Shown here piece by piece: positions 47,344-58,502 of a stretch of 64,000 bases of DNA. Both the position numbers and the translations under genes were made by a program. The stretch spans positions 85,305-149,304 of the forward strand of contig JBDRJV010000022.1 in assembly GCA_043814605.1 (NCBI GenBank), given 5' to 3'. The DNA comes from Candidatus Omnitrophota bacterium (GTDB lineage Bacteria; Omnitrophota; Gorgyraeia; B26-G9). The notes beneath the pieces are model-generated. The model had not been told where the DNA came from. It did not search any database and saw nothing but the letters and a program-made list of their open reading frames with translations. How positions within the stretch are numbered: position 1 is the first letter of the stretch; each line of letters begins with the position of its first letter.

Positions 47344-50271
47344 TTACCAGCGTAATGGACTCTGCCAGGCTTCTTTTAATTCATTAATAGTATAATTTAT
47401 CTTTAGCGCTCCATCAATCCCTTTAATCATAAATTTATTATTATCGGTTAGGTGCCCGAGGCAAGCAAAGGGAATTCCCTGGATAGTTTTCTCAAAAGAA
47501 TTTTTATGTTTTGGTTCTATCTCAACAATAAAACGAGAATTGGATTCAGAAAATAATAATACAGTGTCATTTAAATCCTGCGCCGGAATTTTGTGAATTA
47601 AAAATTTTAAATCAATCTCCATCCCCAGGCCTCCGGAAAACGCCATCTCTGCCATTGCCACAGCAATACCCCCTTCAGAACAGTCATGACATGAACGTAC
47701 CAGTTTTTTACGGGTTGCATAGCTGATCAGTTCAAAAATCTGCGCACTTTTTTTAAAATTAACCTGCGGCACATTCGGACTTCTAAGGTTCTGAACAGTG
47801 TTATAACTGCTGCCGCCCATTTCATCAAAAGTAGTACCGATACAATAGACTAAATTACCCGGCATTTTCGCATCTGCAGATATTACATTTTCCACATTAT
47901 CCATAACTCCCACAGCAGAAATCAGCAATGTCGGAGGTATGGAAATAATTTTATGCCCGATATTATATTCATTATTCAAACTATCTTTACCGGAAATAAA
48001 CGGAACCCCGAAAGCTAACGAAGCATCGCGAGCGCCAAAACAAGCACGCACCAGCTGCCCTAAAACTTTCGGCCGGGCAGTATTCCCCCAGCTAAAATTA
48101 TCTAAGAGGGCAACCTGTTTTAAATTCCCGCCCACACTGATTATCTGGCGCAAAGCTTCATCCACACAAGCTACGGCCATCCAATAGGGATCAATATCCG
48201 AATAACGCGAATTTATGCCGCAAGAAACAATAATTCCTTTTTTTGAATCAGGTTTTGGTTTTAATACTGCTGCATCCTGAGGCCCGTCATTATTAACTCC
48301 GGCTAATGGTTTTAAAACACTCATTCCCTGTACTTCATGATCATACTGCCGGATAATCCATTCCTTAGAACTAATATTTAAATCTGATAGTACTTTTAAA
48401 AGATCAGCGGTTAAATCTTTTTTTTGCCGCATGCTCATTTTTTTAATCACCGGCGGCTCCCAAACTGCAGTACGTTTAAATTTTGGCAATCCCTGATGCA
48501 AAAAATCCATATCTAAACTGCAAACACAATTTCTCTGATAAAACAATTCCAATCTTTTTGTGTTCGTAAACTTTCCGATAACTGCCGCTTCCACTGCTTC
48601 TTTTTCAAACAAAGACAATATTTTCTTTAACTTTTTACCCGGCACAGAAAAAACCATACGTTCCTGCGCTTCGGAAATCCACATTTCCGTATAACTTAAT
48701 CCGTCATATTTAAGCGGGATTTTATCTAAATCAACACGCGCACCTGTTTGTGCAGCCATTTCTCCCACAGCACTGGAAAATCCTCCGGCCCCGCAATCCG
48801 TAACAGCAGTGTACAATTTCTGGTCGCGTGCCTGGATCAGTGTATCCAAAACTTTTTTTTCAGTAATCGCATTTCCAATTTGTACTGCCCCGCTGGATAT
48901 GGCTTCTGATTCATGAGTTAATTCCACAGATGAAAAAGTTGCGCCGTGGATTCCGTCACGGCCGGTTCTGCCGCCGACAGCTACAATATATTCACCCGCA
49001 CTCACTTTTTTAAACGAATATTGTTTAGGCATGATCCCTAATGTCCCGCAATAAACTAAGGGGTTGCCGGTATACCGCTCATCAAAAACCACCGCTCCAT
49101 TGCAGGTAGGAATCCCCATACGATTTCCGTAATCGCGTACACCACTAACCACTCCTTGCATAATTCTTTTAGGATGCAAAACTCCCTGCGGTAATTTTTC
49201 CCTTTTCATTTCCGGCAAGCCAAAGCAAAAAACATCTGTATTCATTATGGGTTTTGCGCCCAAACCCACTCCTAATATATCGCGGATAACTCCGCCAATG
49301 CCTGTACCTGCTCCGCCGTAAGGATCAAGGGCTGAAGGGTGGTTATGGGTTTCAACCTTAAAACAAATATTATCTTTCTGGTCAAACTTAATAATTCCCG
49401 CATTATCCTGAAAAACAGAAACACACCAGGATTTATTCAGTTTTTTTGTAGCACTCATTATTGTGGTTTTAAGCAGATTTTTTATTATTCGTTTCTGTTT
49501 AGATTTCCGCAGGGTTTTATCGGTATAATCAATATTACCGCGCAGAGTTTTATGGACACAATGTTCTGACCAAGTTTGGGCCAGAGTTTCCAGTTCACAA
49601 TCCGTAGGATTTCTGCCAATTTTTTTATAATATTTCTTTATTACCTGCATTTCTTCAAGGGTGAGCGAGAGCTGGCCGGCTTTACTAATTTTCAACAGGC
49701 CCTGAGCATTTTGGTTTAAAATTTCAATTTCAATTTTTTTAAACTTATAATTTACATGTTTATGCGCATCCAGGGTTTTTTTTAAATCTTGAATTTTAAC
49801 TACATGCTGAATCACTTTATTATAAAGCAGTTTATCCCCGATAAATTCAAGCTGTTTTTTACTTAAAACACCTTTAATCAGGTATTGCCGGCCGGTATAA
49901 ACTGCGCTTATCTGTTTAAACCCTAAATCCCTGATGCCTTTAAGCGTACTTTCCTGCCAAGGATCCATAACTCCGGGGTTATAGGCAATTTCCAAAACAT
50001 GAAAATCTTTTTTTTCTTTAATTATAAATTTTTTATCATCCAGCATCCCCAATTTAAATGTTTGGATTACTGCGTCGCATAAGAGCTTTCTGCTTATTTT
50101 CTCAACCCAACTTTCAGCCTTCTTATTATTTTCTGATTCAATGATATAAACCTGAACCATTTTTACATCATTAACAGAATTAATTCCCAAATCAATAATT
50201 CCCCGTTTAACCCCCTCACCGATCGGATCAGAAATATTTGATTTATATTTTACTTCTACTCGCCAAAGCAT
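47344..50271 (-). CDS. purL: FGAM synthase PurL with N-terminal PurS-like domains
   Basis: WSEHCVHK, ETHNHPS, GRDGIHGA, DCGAGG, QYDHEV, SGKDSL, HDCSEGG. Confidence 0.96.
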   Translation of the reverse strand: MLWRVEVKYKSNISDPIGEGVKRGIIDLGINSVNDVKMVQVYIIESENNKKAESWVEKISRKLLCDAVIQTFKLGMLDDKKFIIKEKKDFHVLEIAYNPGVMDPWQESTLKGIRDLGFKQISAVYTGRQYLIKGVLSKKQLEFIGDKLLYNKVIQHVVKIQDLKKTLDAHKHVNYKFKKIEIEILNQNAQGLLKISKAGQLSLTLEEMQVIKKYYKKIGRNPTDCELETLAQTWSEHCVHKTLRGNIDYTDKTLRKSKQKRIIKNLLKTTIMSATKKLNKSWCVSVFQDNAGIIKFDQKDNICFKVETHNHPSALDPYGGAGTGIGGVIRDILGVGLGAKPIMNTDVFCFGLPEMKREKLPQGVLHPKRIMQGVVSGVRDYGNRMGIPTCNGAVVFDERYTGNPLVYCGTLGIMPKQYSFKKVSAGEYIVAVGGRTGRDGIHGATFSSVELTHESEAISSGAVQIGNAITEKKVLDTLIQARDQKLYTAVTDCGAGGFSSAVGEMAAQTGARVDLDKIPLKYDGLSYTEMWISEAQERMVFSVPGKKLKKILSLFEKEAVEAAVIGKFTNTKRLELFYQRNCVCSLDMDFLHQGLPKFKRTAVWEPPVIKKMSMRQKKDLTADLLKVLSDLNISSKEWIIRQYDHEVQGMSVLKPLAGVNNDGPQDAAVLKPKPDSKKGIIVSCGINSRYSDIDPYWMAVACVDEALRQIISVGGNLKQVALLDNFSWGNTARPKVLGQLVRACFGARDASLAFGVPFISGKDSLNNEYNIGHKIISIPPTLLISAVGVMDNVENVISADAKMPGNLVYCIGTTFDEMGGSSYNTVQNLRSPNVPQVNFKKSAQIFELISYATRKKLVRSCHDCSEGGIAVAMAEMAFSGGLGMEIDLKFLIHKIPAQDLNDTVLLFSESNSRFIVEIEPKHKNSFEKTIQGIPFACLGHLTDNNKFMIKGIDGALKINYTINELKEAWQSPLRW

Positions 50272-50283
50272 GATGTTCCTATT

Positions 50284-50361
50284 TTAGGCTACAGGTAACA
50301 GGTTTCAGGTTACAGGCTAAAAGCTTTACCTGCTGCCGGATACTTGAAACCTGCCACTTGT
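50284..50361. repeat. Head-to-head heptamer arrays (ACAGGTT / AACCTGC) filling the purB-purL spacer
   Basis: ttaggct acaggta acaggtt tcaggtt acaggct | aaaagctt | tacctgc tgccgga tacttga aacctgc cacttgt. Confidence 0.8.
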
Positions 50362-50364
50362 AAT

Positions 50365-51656
50365 TTAGATTCCCACTCGTTTAAAAATAATTTTAATATT
50401 ACGCAGAATATATTTAAGATCAAAACAACGCTCTATTTCTTTTTGGGTAAGAATTTTTGACAACTCCTTATCATTAAGTAAAAGGGTTTTGAAATCTTTT
50501 TTCTCTTTCCAGACTGCCAAGGCATTTCTCTGTACCAGTGCATACGACTGCTCCCGGGTAAGCCCTTTTTCGACTAAAGCAATTAAAACAGTCTGGGAAA
50601 ACATCAGGCCACGCGTTTTCTGCAAATTTTCCAGCATATTTTTCGGGTAAACAATTAATTTATCTACAAGATCAATCACTAAAGAAAGCATGTAATCGAG
50701 GATGATCGTTGAATCCGGCAAAATAATTCTCTCTACTGACGAATGCGAAATATCCCGCTCATGCCAGAGGCTGATATTTTCCATGGCTGCCAGGGCATTG
50801 CCTCTTAACACCCGGGCCAAACCCGAAATTCGTTCGCAAGTTATGGGATTGCGCTTATGCGGCATTGCGGATGAGCCTTTTTGGCCTTGAGAAAAAAATT
50901 CTTCTACTTCTAAAATTTCTGTGTGCTGTAAATTCCTTATTTCTGTTGTGAATTTTTCTAAACTTGAACCAATCAAGGCAATAGAGGTTAAAAATTCCGC
51001 GTGCCTATCTCTTTGCACAATCTGATTAGCTACAGGTTCCAGGCCAATGCCTAATTTTTTCAAAACAATTTTCTCAATTCTGGGATCGATATTAGAATAC
51101 GTTCCCACTGCTCCGGAAAGTTTACCAACGCAGACACTTTTTTTAGCATTTTCTAATCTGGTTAAATTCCGTTTTGTTTCCTCATACCAAAGGGCCATTT
51201 TCAAGCCAAAAGTTATGGGCTCTGCATGCACATTATGGGAACGGCCAGGCATGGGAGTATTTTTGTATTTTCTCGCTTTTTTCTTAAGCACATTAAGTAA
51301 AGTTTTCAGTTCGCCAATTAAAACATCACCGGCATCTTTAAGCTGTAAGGCTTGAGCGGTATCAATGGCATCATTGGAAGTTAAGCCCATATGGATAAAG
51401 CGAGAATCCGGGCCAACATTTTCTGCTACAGAGGTTAAAAAAGATATAATATCGTGTTTTGTTTTCTGCTCGATTTGGTTAATTCGTTTCAGGCTGAATT
51501 TTGCTTTTTTCTCAATGCGGGCGAGTGAAGATTTGGGAATTTTACCCAGCTGCGCCCAGGCCTGACAAACGGCAATTTCCACATCCAGCATTTTTGCCAT
51601 CGGGCAGTTTCTGTCCATATTTTACCCATTTTTTCACGTGTATAACGGCTAATCAT
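50365..51656 (-). CDS. purB: Adenylosuccinate lyase with an apparent 1-nt deletion near the 5' end
   Basis: MISRYTREKMGKIW from 51656; frame change at the T5 run 51591-51595; HMGLTS, GSSAMPHKRNP, HERDISHSSVER. Confidence 0.92.
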
Positions 51657-51743
51657 AATTTTCCCCTTTTTTTATCTGATTCGCTTTTAGGAATATATAA
51701 TCATAGCAAATTATTCATTTTTGGTCAAATAATTTAATATAGT

Positions 51744-51777
51744 AAAAAAGACCTAAAATTTATAATCTTAGGTCTTT
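51744..51777 (-). terminator. Intrinsic terminator of the large orphan gene
   Basis: AAAGACCTAA...TTAGGTCTTT stem followed by a T-run on the minus strand. Confidence 0.65.
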
Positions 51778-51809
51778 ATTTTATTAATACAATAAATATA
51801 TAAAAATAT

Positions 51810-54800
51810 CTATATTGCCTGACTTATTAAAGAAACCGGGCTTTTATTAAATCCTAATGTTTGCCTAATTGATTTAATGCTGACTTTTGGTAATTTAGAT
51901 ATTAATCTTTGGGCTAAAGTTGTACTTTTTAATTGATGGCTGTTTTTTAATAAAAGGGATATTGCTTTATTCACAACATCCTGATTCTGAGCCTGGGCAG
52001 CAATATTTCTAAATATTGACAATCTTCTATCCGGGAAAGAGTTCTCATATAAAATATCCAGCATAGATAAAGCCTCTCTACTTGATAAATTTGCCCTGAT
52101 TATATTTTTTGCCGCAGCACGGTTTCTGTTGTTTAAAATTGCCAGTGCTGTTTTTGCCATGGCAACAAGGTTTTTCCTGTCCTTATCTAAACTTTGAGTT
52201 TCGATAATACCCTTTAAAACTTTTTTATACGATTTTAATTTCATTTTCGCCGCTGTATAAAACAAAACCCTGAGTGCTGATTCTCTGCCTTGACCTAAAC
52301 AATCTCCTAATAGTTCTCCAAATTTTACCCATTGTTCATGGTTAAAATCACTTTTTTTAAATTGCGCCAGTATAAAAACACTTTCCTCTAAATTCGCGAT
52401 TTGATAAGAATCAAGAAGCAATTGAATACTTTCTGAATTTGGATATGAAGATACTGCTTGCAAATATTTTTGGGTTGTACTCCAGGAGTACTTCATAGAA
52501 AACTTTTTAACATTAAAATATTTAGTAAGGATTTTAAACCCGTGAGCACAAATGTTTTCGTTTTTTTGTAAAATATTAAAAATCTCTTCATCATAACTAA
52601 GTTTTCTATAACTATCGCTTAAGTACTGCTCAATTAGTTTCAACCCTACTTGTGCTTTATAATCTTTTTGCTGCTGTTTTAAATAATTCTCATGCGCAAT
52701 TACCAGTTTAATAACAGTTGTTCTTATCCATTCTTTTTCTGTCATAAAATAAGCTGCATCATCAAACCTCTGCAGGCAATATTCTAAAAAACTTTGTTTT
52801 GTCAGCAACAGTTTTTTTACCCAAGGGTGTACACCAAAACCGCCCCGGTCTAAATCTCCGCCGTAAAACATCCCGTTCCAGGCATCTAAAGACCCGGTCT
52901 GCATTATTGCCAGCCCTTTACCTGCGCCTAAACTGGCAAACATGTAGTCAGAAATTTTTTCCTGATCAGTTTTAAGTATACCCTGTAAAAAATTTCTTAT
53001 TCGATAAAATAATCCACCCTGCTCCGAGTCACCATTTACTAAATATTTTGCGGCAAGTTTTCCTAATGTTTCATTAGCATACCCGCCTAATTCGGATAGA
53101 TACCCATTGCTGCTTATACTGGCAATCCTGCTCCAGGCTAAAATATTTTCATATATAGGCAATTTCGGCTTTCGCTGAACTTCTCCTAAGCTGGCAATCA
53201 ACCTGGCCGCAAGCAATATTTCAAATCTTTGTTCTGTAAGGTTAGAATTAGGCTGCATTATTTGGCTAAAGCGGCTGTTAATGTTTTTTATTATTAATGC
53301 GTAAGTATTTTTGCCGGCTAATCTGCCGATCATCTGAAAATATTTAACTAATTTATGATACTCGCTAAAACTGCTTGTCTTAAATAATTTCGCTAGTTTA
53401 TCCTTATCTTCCCTATTTACCTCAAATTCTGTAATAAATTCATTTAATAAATTTTGCGCAAACTTATCCTGTTTATTTATTAATTCCTTTTTTTGCGCCT
53501 CGGTTGATTGATTATAAACTTCTTGCAAAAATTCAAAATACTGTTCATCAATTTTACCTTGAGCAAATTTATTCAGGACAAAATTAACAACATTTTCAGA
53601 TAAACTATCCGTATCTCTTACCTGCGGCCATTGGACATTAAAACCTTTGGCAGAATTAAGCGCATTATAAAGCACACTCAAAATATTCTTTCCCGCTCTT
53701 TCCGGAGAATAAAACTGCCCGTTACTTGCTGGAAATTCTTCACTAAGGTTATTTTCGAGTTTCTTCTGCGCTCCCAGAATATTCTCAGAATCAGGCAACC
53801 TGGGAATTTCTATCAGATATTCCGGCTGAGTTAAAACATAATCAAAAACTTTTTCTGATAATTCACTAAACTGTATGTTCGCTTCCTTTTGAATCCTTTG
53901 ATCTAAAAAAATCATCTGGAATGCAATTCTGGTCTTAAAAAACTCATATCTTGAATTATTAAAATCAGAAAACATCATTTTTATTATTGGATTTACTCCC
54001 CCATTAAATATTCCATACTTGTACGGATCCTGGTTTAACTCAAAAAATATTTGTTCTACATTATCAAGATAAACAGTATAATCACGGCTGTATGCATTTC
54101 TTAACAAAATATCGTATAAACTTTCTTTGTGATCTCTGTGGATGAGATCAAATCCACAAATTAATTTAGTAGTTAAGGCCCGGTCATGACTACTATGCCT
54201 TTTATAGGCAATTTCAATTATACTTTTTAAAAAAGTCAGTTTTTCTTGATCATAAAAATATACAGAGTTTTGTAGCTGTTGAATTGCGTATAGAGCATGG
54301 TTTCTTGCCTCCGAGATATTACTTTCCTCTAGCGCATATTTTATAAGCCAATTCATTGCCGCTTCTATCGGTTCATTTGTTTTCTTTTTACTTAAATCAT
54401 AAAAATGTTTTTCCTCTTGCATTTTTCCCAATAAACGTATTGTACTCTCTTTTTTAATCAGTTCTTCTATCTCTCCGTCGATGGGAAAAATCGCCTTACT
54501 AAACATGTCCGCTGTGGTATCTTTAAATTTATTCTGATACACTCTTTCTAAGATGTCATCTATTTCTAAAACAAGTTCTTTTGCTTGGTTATCCCCGGCT
54601 CTTACACAATCATATTTAATTTTCAGTAAAAAGGCATACGCTATTTTTACATATAAAGGAGCGCCCCATTTCAAAAAATTCTCAAACACAAAAAATAACT
54701 CTGCATCCGGCTCCATATGAGAAATCATAACCAATGCAGAAAGATTAGTATATTTTTTATCTTCCTGTATAACTTTTTTAATTTTATTTTTGAGTTTAGA

Positions 54801-57023
54801 ATTTTTATGGGAATTATTAGCTAAGAATTCAATCAGGGAAAAATTAAAGCGGTGAATATCCCTCATCAGATCATCAATAATATTGCTTTCAACTATAAGC
54901 TCAGCTGCATTTTTTGAAAGTCCTGTTTTTTCTAAAATATTGGCATATAAATCATAGAAATACGTAATTTTTTCTTCTGTCAGAACGCTGGTAATTTTTT
55001 CTGACACCCGGGGTTTTAGTTCATCCGGGATATCACACTCTGATAAAAGCTCTAAAGCAACCATTAATCTTTCTGAATTATGTCCGTTAATTTGTTTTGT
55101 CGCTTGAGAAAGAATATATTCCACGGATTTAACTCTATCTTCAGCTGTACCCACTTTATTCAAAACATAATTTGCTGCAATCTTAACCACCATATTTTCC
55201 GGTAAATCATCTGTATCTAAATAAGGCTGGATTAATAAACGGATAAAACCTTTTTCTTTTTCTGTTCTCTGGGAGAAATTTAAAAGCGAAACAATCTGCC
55301 CCGCACGGACTTCGGGAGTAATTTTCCCATCCCGAACCGCTAAAATATTATCCATTGCCTCTTGGCTGGCTGGGGTTATGAAAATGTTCGTCAAATCAGC
55401 TGCTTTGGCTAACTGCATAAAAGATTTTTTTACTCTCCAGTTATAATTATTATCCTTTAATAAACATTTAAACAAAGCCACTGTTGCTGCATAACTGCAG
55501 GGTGTATTTTGGTCAGCTTTTTCAGCTAAAATAAGTAATAATTCATCATTAAAATATAAAGAACCTTCTACCTGTTCCATCGCGCGTAGAGCCACTTTTG
55601 GATCATTTGCAGTAATCATTTTTTTGAGGGAATTAACCTTATCAGGGGACAACATACTCACACTTGTAATTAAGGCAGGTGAAGGAAAATTCTCCAAAGA
55701 TAAATTCGCTTTTCTTATATCTGAATCCTTCTCATATTGCTGTAAAAAATTATTTACAACTTCCCAGTTTTCAACTTTTCCGTTTTTATATATCTTTTCA
55801 ATTCCGTAGAAAATTAAATAATGATACCTAGCCTCAAGTTCTTTTACCCGCATGAGTAACGAATCAATTGCTGAATAAACCTGGGCATCGCCAATAAATT
55901 GTAAAAGAAAATAATTTCTGATTATCTGGATAACGTTATTTGTCTGTTGAGCTTTGATCTCTGTTTTAAATTTGGCTAAAAAAGCTCTGGCTAATGATTT
56001 GTGCAGCCTCCATCTTTCTTCATTCTCATCAATACTTTCTTTCTTAAGTGTTTTAAGTTGCCAAATTACGCTAAAAGACGGCTTCATATTGCCTAAAAAT
56101 ATCACATAAAAAGCCGGCTCCATAACTTTTCTGGCGATCTTCTGTAAAAACTTATGTTTGTTGGCATTTACAGCCAGCATTTCAATTAATTCAAAACGGT
56201 CTGGTCCCAAAAGATGTGTATCCATAAATAATCGGTCATATAATTTTGCCGCTTTTATAGTTAGTCCGGTTTTTTTTAGAATTTTAGAACAGCCTCTAAC
56301 GCCTTTACCAATTCCTTTAACCTGTACTTGAGCAATGCGAAAAGATAAATCCTCTTGCATATTTACCGGTATCTCGCATTGAGCTAGCAATTTTATAGCC
56401 AGATTAATATTTTCAAGACTGTATTCATTGACCTTAAGCTCAGCTGCCTGTAAAAGTTTAGTTACGGATGTGATTTTTTCTTCGGCATTACCCATCCAGT
56501 TTAGTACATAATTTGCAGCGATTCTTTCCGGCATGCTCATCGAATCCAATAAGGGAGTAATTAATAACCGTAAAACCTCTTTTTCATGTTCTGTTTCAAC
56601 TTTTATTTCAGCCAGGGCTGTAATAATTCCGGCTCTGACCATAGGTGTTTGTGCTTGTTTTGTATTTTTTAAAAATTTCCCAAATAATTCTGCGTGGTCC
56701 TGGGTAACAAAAAATTCAATAAGCTTATCTGCTGCCTGGGGAAATAATTTTTTAAATAAAAGGGGTAGATTTTTACCCATAAAATTTTTTCCTATTAATT
56801 CGGAGGAATTCACCTGGCTAATTTTATTTAGGACATCAATGCCCTCTTTTAAATATGCTTGTTGAATATCTGCTAATTTCAGCGAAATATGCGGCGATAA
56901 TGTTGTTTTTTGTTCTGGTTTATTATTCAGAGTTTGGGCAATTAAGCTTGAGGAAAAACCAGTTAAAATAAATGATGGGATCAGCATTAAGGAAATCAAT
57001 TTGAAAAATATTCTCTTACGCAT
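51810..57023 (-). CDS. Large (1737 aa) hypothetical protein with signal peptide, alpha-helical (HEAT-like), internally duplicated
   Basis: Basic plus hydrophobic N-terminus, AAGGAG RBS, duplicated domain starting at aa 126 and aa 569. Confidence 0.7.
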   Translation of the reverse strand: MRKRIFFKLISLMLIPSFILTGFSSSLIAQTLNNKPEQKTTLSPHISLKLADIQQAYLKEGIDVLNKISQVNSSELIGKNFMGKNLPLLFKKLFPQAADKLIEFFVTQDHAELFGKFLKNTKQAQTPMVRAGIITALAEIKVETEHEKEVLRLLITPLLDSMSMPERIAANYVLNWMGNAEEKITSVTKLLQAAELKVNEYSLENINLAIKLLAQCEIPVNMQEDLSFRIAQVQVKGIGKGVRGCSKILKKTGLTIKAAKLYDRLFMDTHLLGPDRFELIEMLAVNANKHKFLQKIARKVMEPAFYVIFLGNMKPSFSVIWQLKTLKKESIDENEERWRLHKSLARAFLAKFKTEIKAQQTNNVIQIIRNYFLLQFIGDAQVYSAIDSLLMRVKELEARYHYLIFYGIEKIYKNGKVENWEVVNNFLQQYEKDSDIRKANLSLENFPSPALITSVSMLSPDKVNSLKKMITANDPKVALRAMEQVEGSLYFNDELLLILAEKADQNTPCSYAATVALFKCLLKDNNYNWRVKKSFMQLAKAADLTNIFITPASQEAMDNILAVRDGKITPEVRAGQIVSLLNFSQRTEKEKGFIRLLIQPYLDTDDLPENMVVKIAANYVLNKVGTAEDRVKSVEYILSQATKQINGHNSERLMVALELLSECDIPDELKPRVSEKITSVLTEEKITYFYDLYANILEKTGLSKNAAELIVESNIIDDLMRDIHRFNFSLIEFLANNSHKNSKLKNKIKKVIQEDKKYTNLSALVMISHMEPDAELFFVFENFLKWGAPLYVKIAYAFLLKIKYDCVRAGDNQAKELVLEIDDILERVYQNKFKDTTADMFSKAIFPIDGEIEELIKKESTIRLLGKMQEEKHFYDLSKKKTNEPIEAAMNWLIKYALEESNISEARNHALYAIQQLQNSVYFYDQEKLTFLKSIIEIAYKRHSSHDRALTTKLICGFDLIHRDHKESLYDILLRNAYSRDYTVYLDNVEQIFFELNQDPYKYGIFNGGVNPIIKMMFSDFNNSRYEFFKTRIAFQMIFLDQRIQKEANIQFSELSEKVFDYVLTQPEYLIEIPRLPDSENILGAQKKLENNLSEEFPASNGQFYSPERAGKNILSVLYNALNSAKGFNVQWPQVRDTDSLSENVVNFVLNKFAQGKIDEQYFEFLQEVYNQSTEAQKKELINKQDKFAQNLLNEFITEFEVNREDKDKLAKLFKTSSFSEYHKLVKYFQMIGRLAGKNTYALIIKNINSRFSQIMQPNSNLTEQRFEILLAARLIASLGEVQRKPKLPIYENILAWSRIASISSNGYLSELGGYANETLGKLAAKYLVNGDSEQGGLFYRIRNFLQGILKTDQEKISDYMFASLGAGKGLAIMQTGSLDAWNGMFYGGDLDRGGFGVHPWVKKLLLTKQSFLEYCLQRFDDAAYFMTEKEWIRTTVIKLVIAHENYLKQQQKDYKAQVGLKLIEQYLSDSYRKLSYDEEIFNILQKNENICAHGFKILTKYFNVKKFSMKYSWSTTQKYLQAVSSYPNSESIQLLLDSYQIANLEESVFILAQFKKSDFNHEQWVKFGELLGDCLGQGRESALRVLFYTAAKMKLKSYKKVLKGIIETQSLDKDRKNLVAMAKTALAILNNRNRAAAKNIIRANLSSREALSMLDILYENSFPDRRLSIFRNIAAQAQNQDVVNKAISLLLKNSHQLKSTTLAQRLISKLPKVSIKSIRQTLGFNKSPVSLISQAI

Positions 57024-57193
57024 AAGATAACTCCTTTATTCTGTTATTAAAAATAATTTAAAAAGTTTAAAAAGAACAAAGAAGTATACCATAAGATATA
57101 AATATTAGCAAATTTTTTTAAAAATATAACATATTGTAATAAAATGAGTTATGATTTGATTTAATCGGCTGGTTTTGAGAAACTTCGTGGGGA

Positions 57194-57284
57194 CCCCTCG
57201 GCCTAACGGCCGGGGCTTCCTCTTTTTGCGAACAATCCCTATTTATCTCTGTGCTTTAGCCCGGAGATTTCCAAAAAGGGGATT
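57194..57284. repeat. GC-rich palindromes (REP/IS200-IS605-end-like)
   Basis: CCCCTCGGCC-taac-GGCCGGGG and ATCTCTGTGC-ttta-GCCCGGAGAT. Confidence 0.6.
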
Positions 57285-58413
57285 AAATATTATTAAAAAG
57301 CAACTTGCTTTTATTAATCGAAAGAAATTTTTTCTGCCAAAAATCGCAGAAATTTTGCCAAATTTCCGAGTTCACCTGGTCTTTAATGGATTTTATGGAT
57401 GCTAATATTTTAAGCACAGCATCAATATTATTTTCCTGCCAAAAAATCTGAGCCTGTGTATCCAAATAATAGAATTGTTTGGCTGTTTGAAATTCTAGAG
57501 CCTTGTTAACATAATTATGCGCCTGATCCAGGTTTCCCTGTTTTAAATACACAAAAGCCAGATTATTATAAGCATCAGCAAAATTTTTATCTAATGCTAA
57601 TGCCTTTAAATATATTTCTTCTGCTTTTCCGTAAGATTCCTGTTTTAAATAAATATTTCCTAAATTAAAAAACACTTCTGCTTTTTTTTCATTTGATGCC
57701 TCAAAACTAACCAGCTGATTATAATATTGAATGGCTTGATCATCTTGCTGATTTTTCTCAAGCCAAAGCGCTAACTCAAAATAATCTTCCTTTTTAAAAT
57801 CATGCGGTATTTTATCCAAGGGAATAATCTCCAGCATCCAATTTCCCGCCGCATACCAATTCCTCAAAAACCCCTGGTAACTGCGTTTGTTAAAAGCATG
57901 TTTTCCATCATGCTGAAAAATTATTTTTTTCTCATCGTCAAAACCCACAATTATTACATAATGCCGTTTATTAAAAATATAGGGATGCAATTTTTCAATA
58001 GCTATCACCGGAATCCCGGATTTTAACCTGGTTTTGACCTGCTTAAAATCAGCAGAATATCCTTTGGCCCAAAATCCCTGCTCTTTAGCATATTGTTCCA
58101 GGTCAATATTTAATACGCCGCAAAGTTCCGGATAAAAAATGCGTTCGGCTATTTTTTCCTGGCTATGATCCGGCTTCTGATCCTGGCACCAATAATTAAA
58201 AACCGCCGCCAGAGCTGCCGGGCCGCAATAAGATTCTTTTTGTTTGATAAAAGGAACATTTAGTAAAACTTTTAAGTCTTCAATATAAAAATTTTGGGAA
58301 TAATTTTCCGGATGAGTTTTCCGACAAAGGCTGCAGCCAGATAAAAGCAGTAAAAATATTAACAGGAGAACAATCTGTTCTCCTGTTAAAAATTTTTTAA
58401 ACATTCTCAGCAT
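57283..58413 (-). CDS. C39-like cysteine peptidase lipoprotein with TPRs (PA2778-like)
   Basis: Lipobox LSGC, VPFIKQ, YCGPAALA, HY..IVG.D, TPRs (NLGNIY, AYNNLA). Confidence 0.85.
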   Translation of the reverse strand: MLRMFKKFLTGEQIVLLLIFLLLLSGCSLCRKTHPENYSQNFYIEDLKVLLNVPFIKQKESYCGPAALAAVFNYWCQDQKPDHSQEKIAERIFYPELCGVLNIDLEQYAKEQGFWAKGYSADFKQVKTRLKSGIPVIAIEKLHPYIFNKRHYVIIVGFDDEKKIIFQHDGKHAFNKRSYQGFLRNWYAAGNWMLEIIPLDKIPHDFKKEDYFELALWLEKNQQDDQAIQYYNQLVSFEASNEKKAEVFFNLGNIYLKQESYGKAEEIYLKALALDKNFADAYNNLAFVYLKQGNLDQAHNYVNKALEFQTAKQFYYLDTQAQIFWQENNIDAVLKILASIKSIKDQVNSEIWQNFCDFWQKKFLSINKSKLLFNNI

Positions 58414-58502
58414 AAAATTAAAAACTCTACATTGATTTTATCCCGCACGCTTTAAAAATATCCCTTTAGAGCAAAGGAATGAAAGCTGATCTGCGGGATT
58501 CC

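Noticed and set aside
57175-57405. 76-aa + strand ORF
   Set aside because: Reads through GC-rich palindromes and antisense to the peptidase gene end
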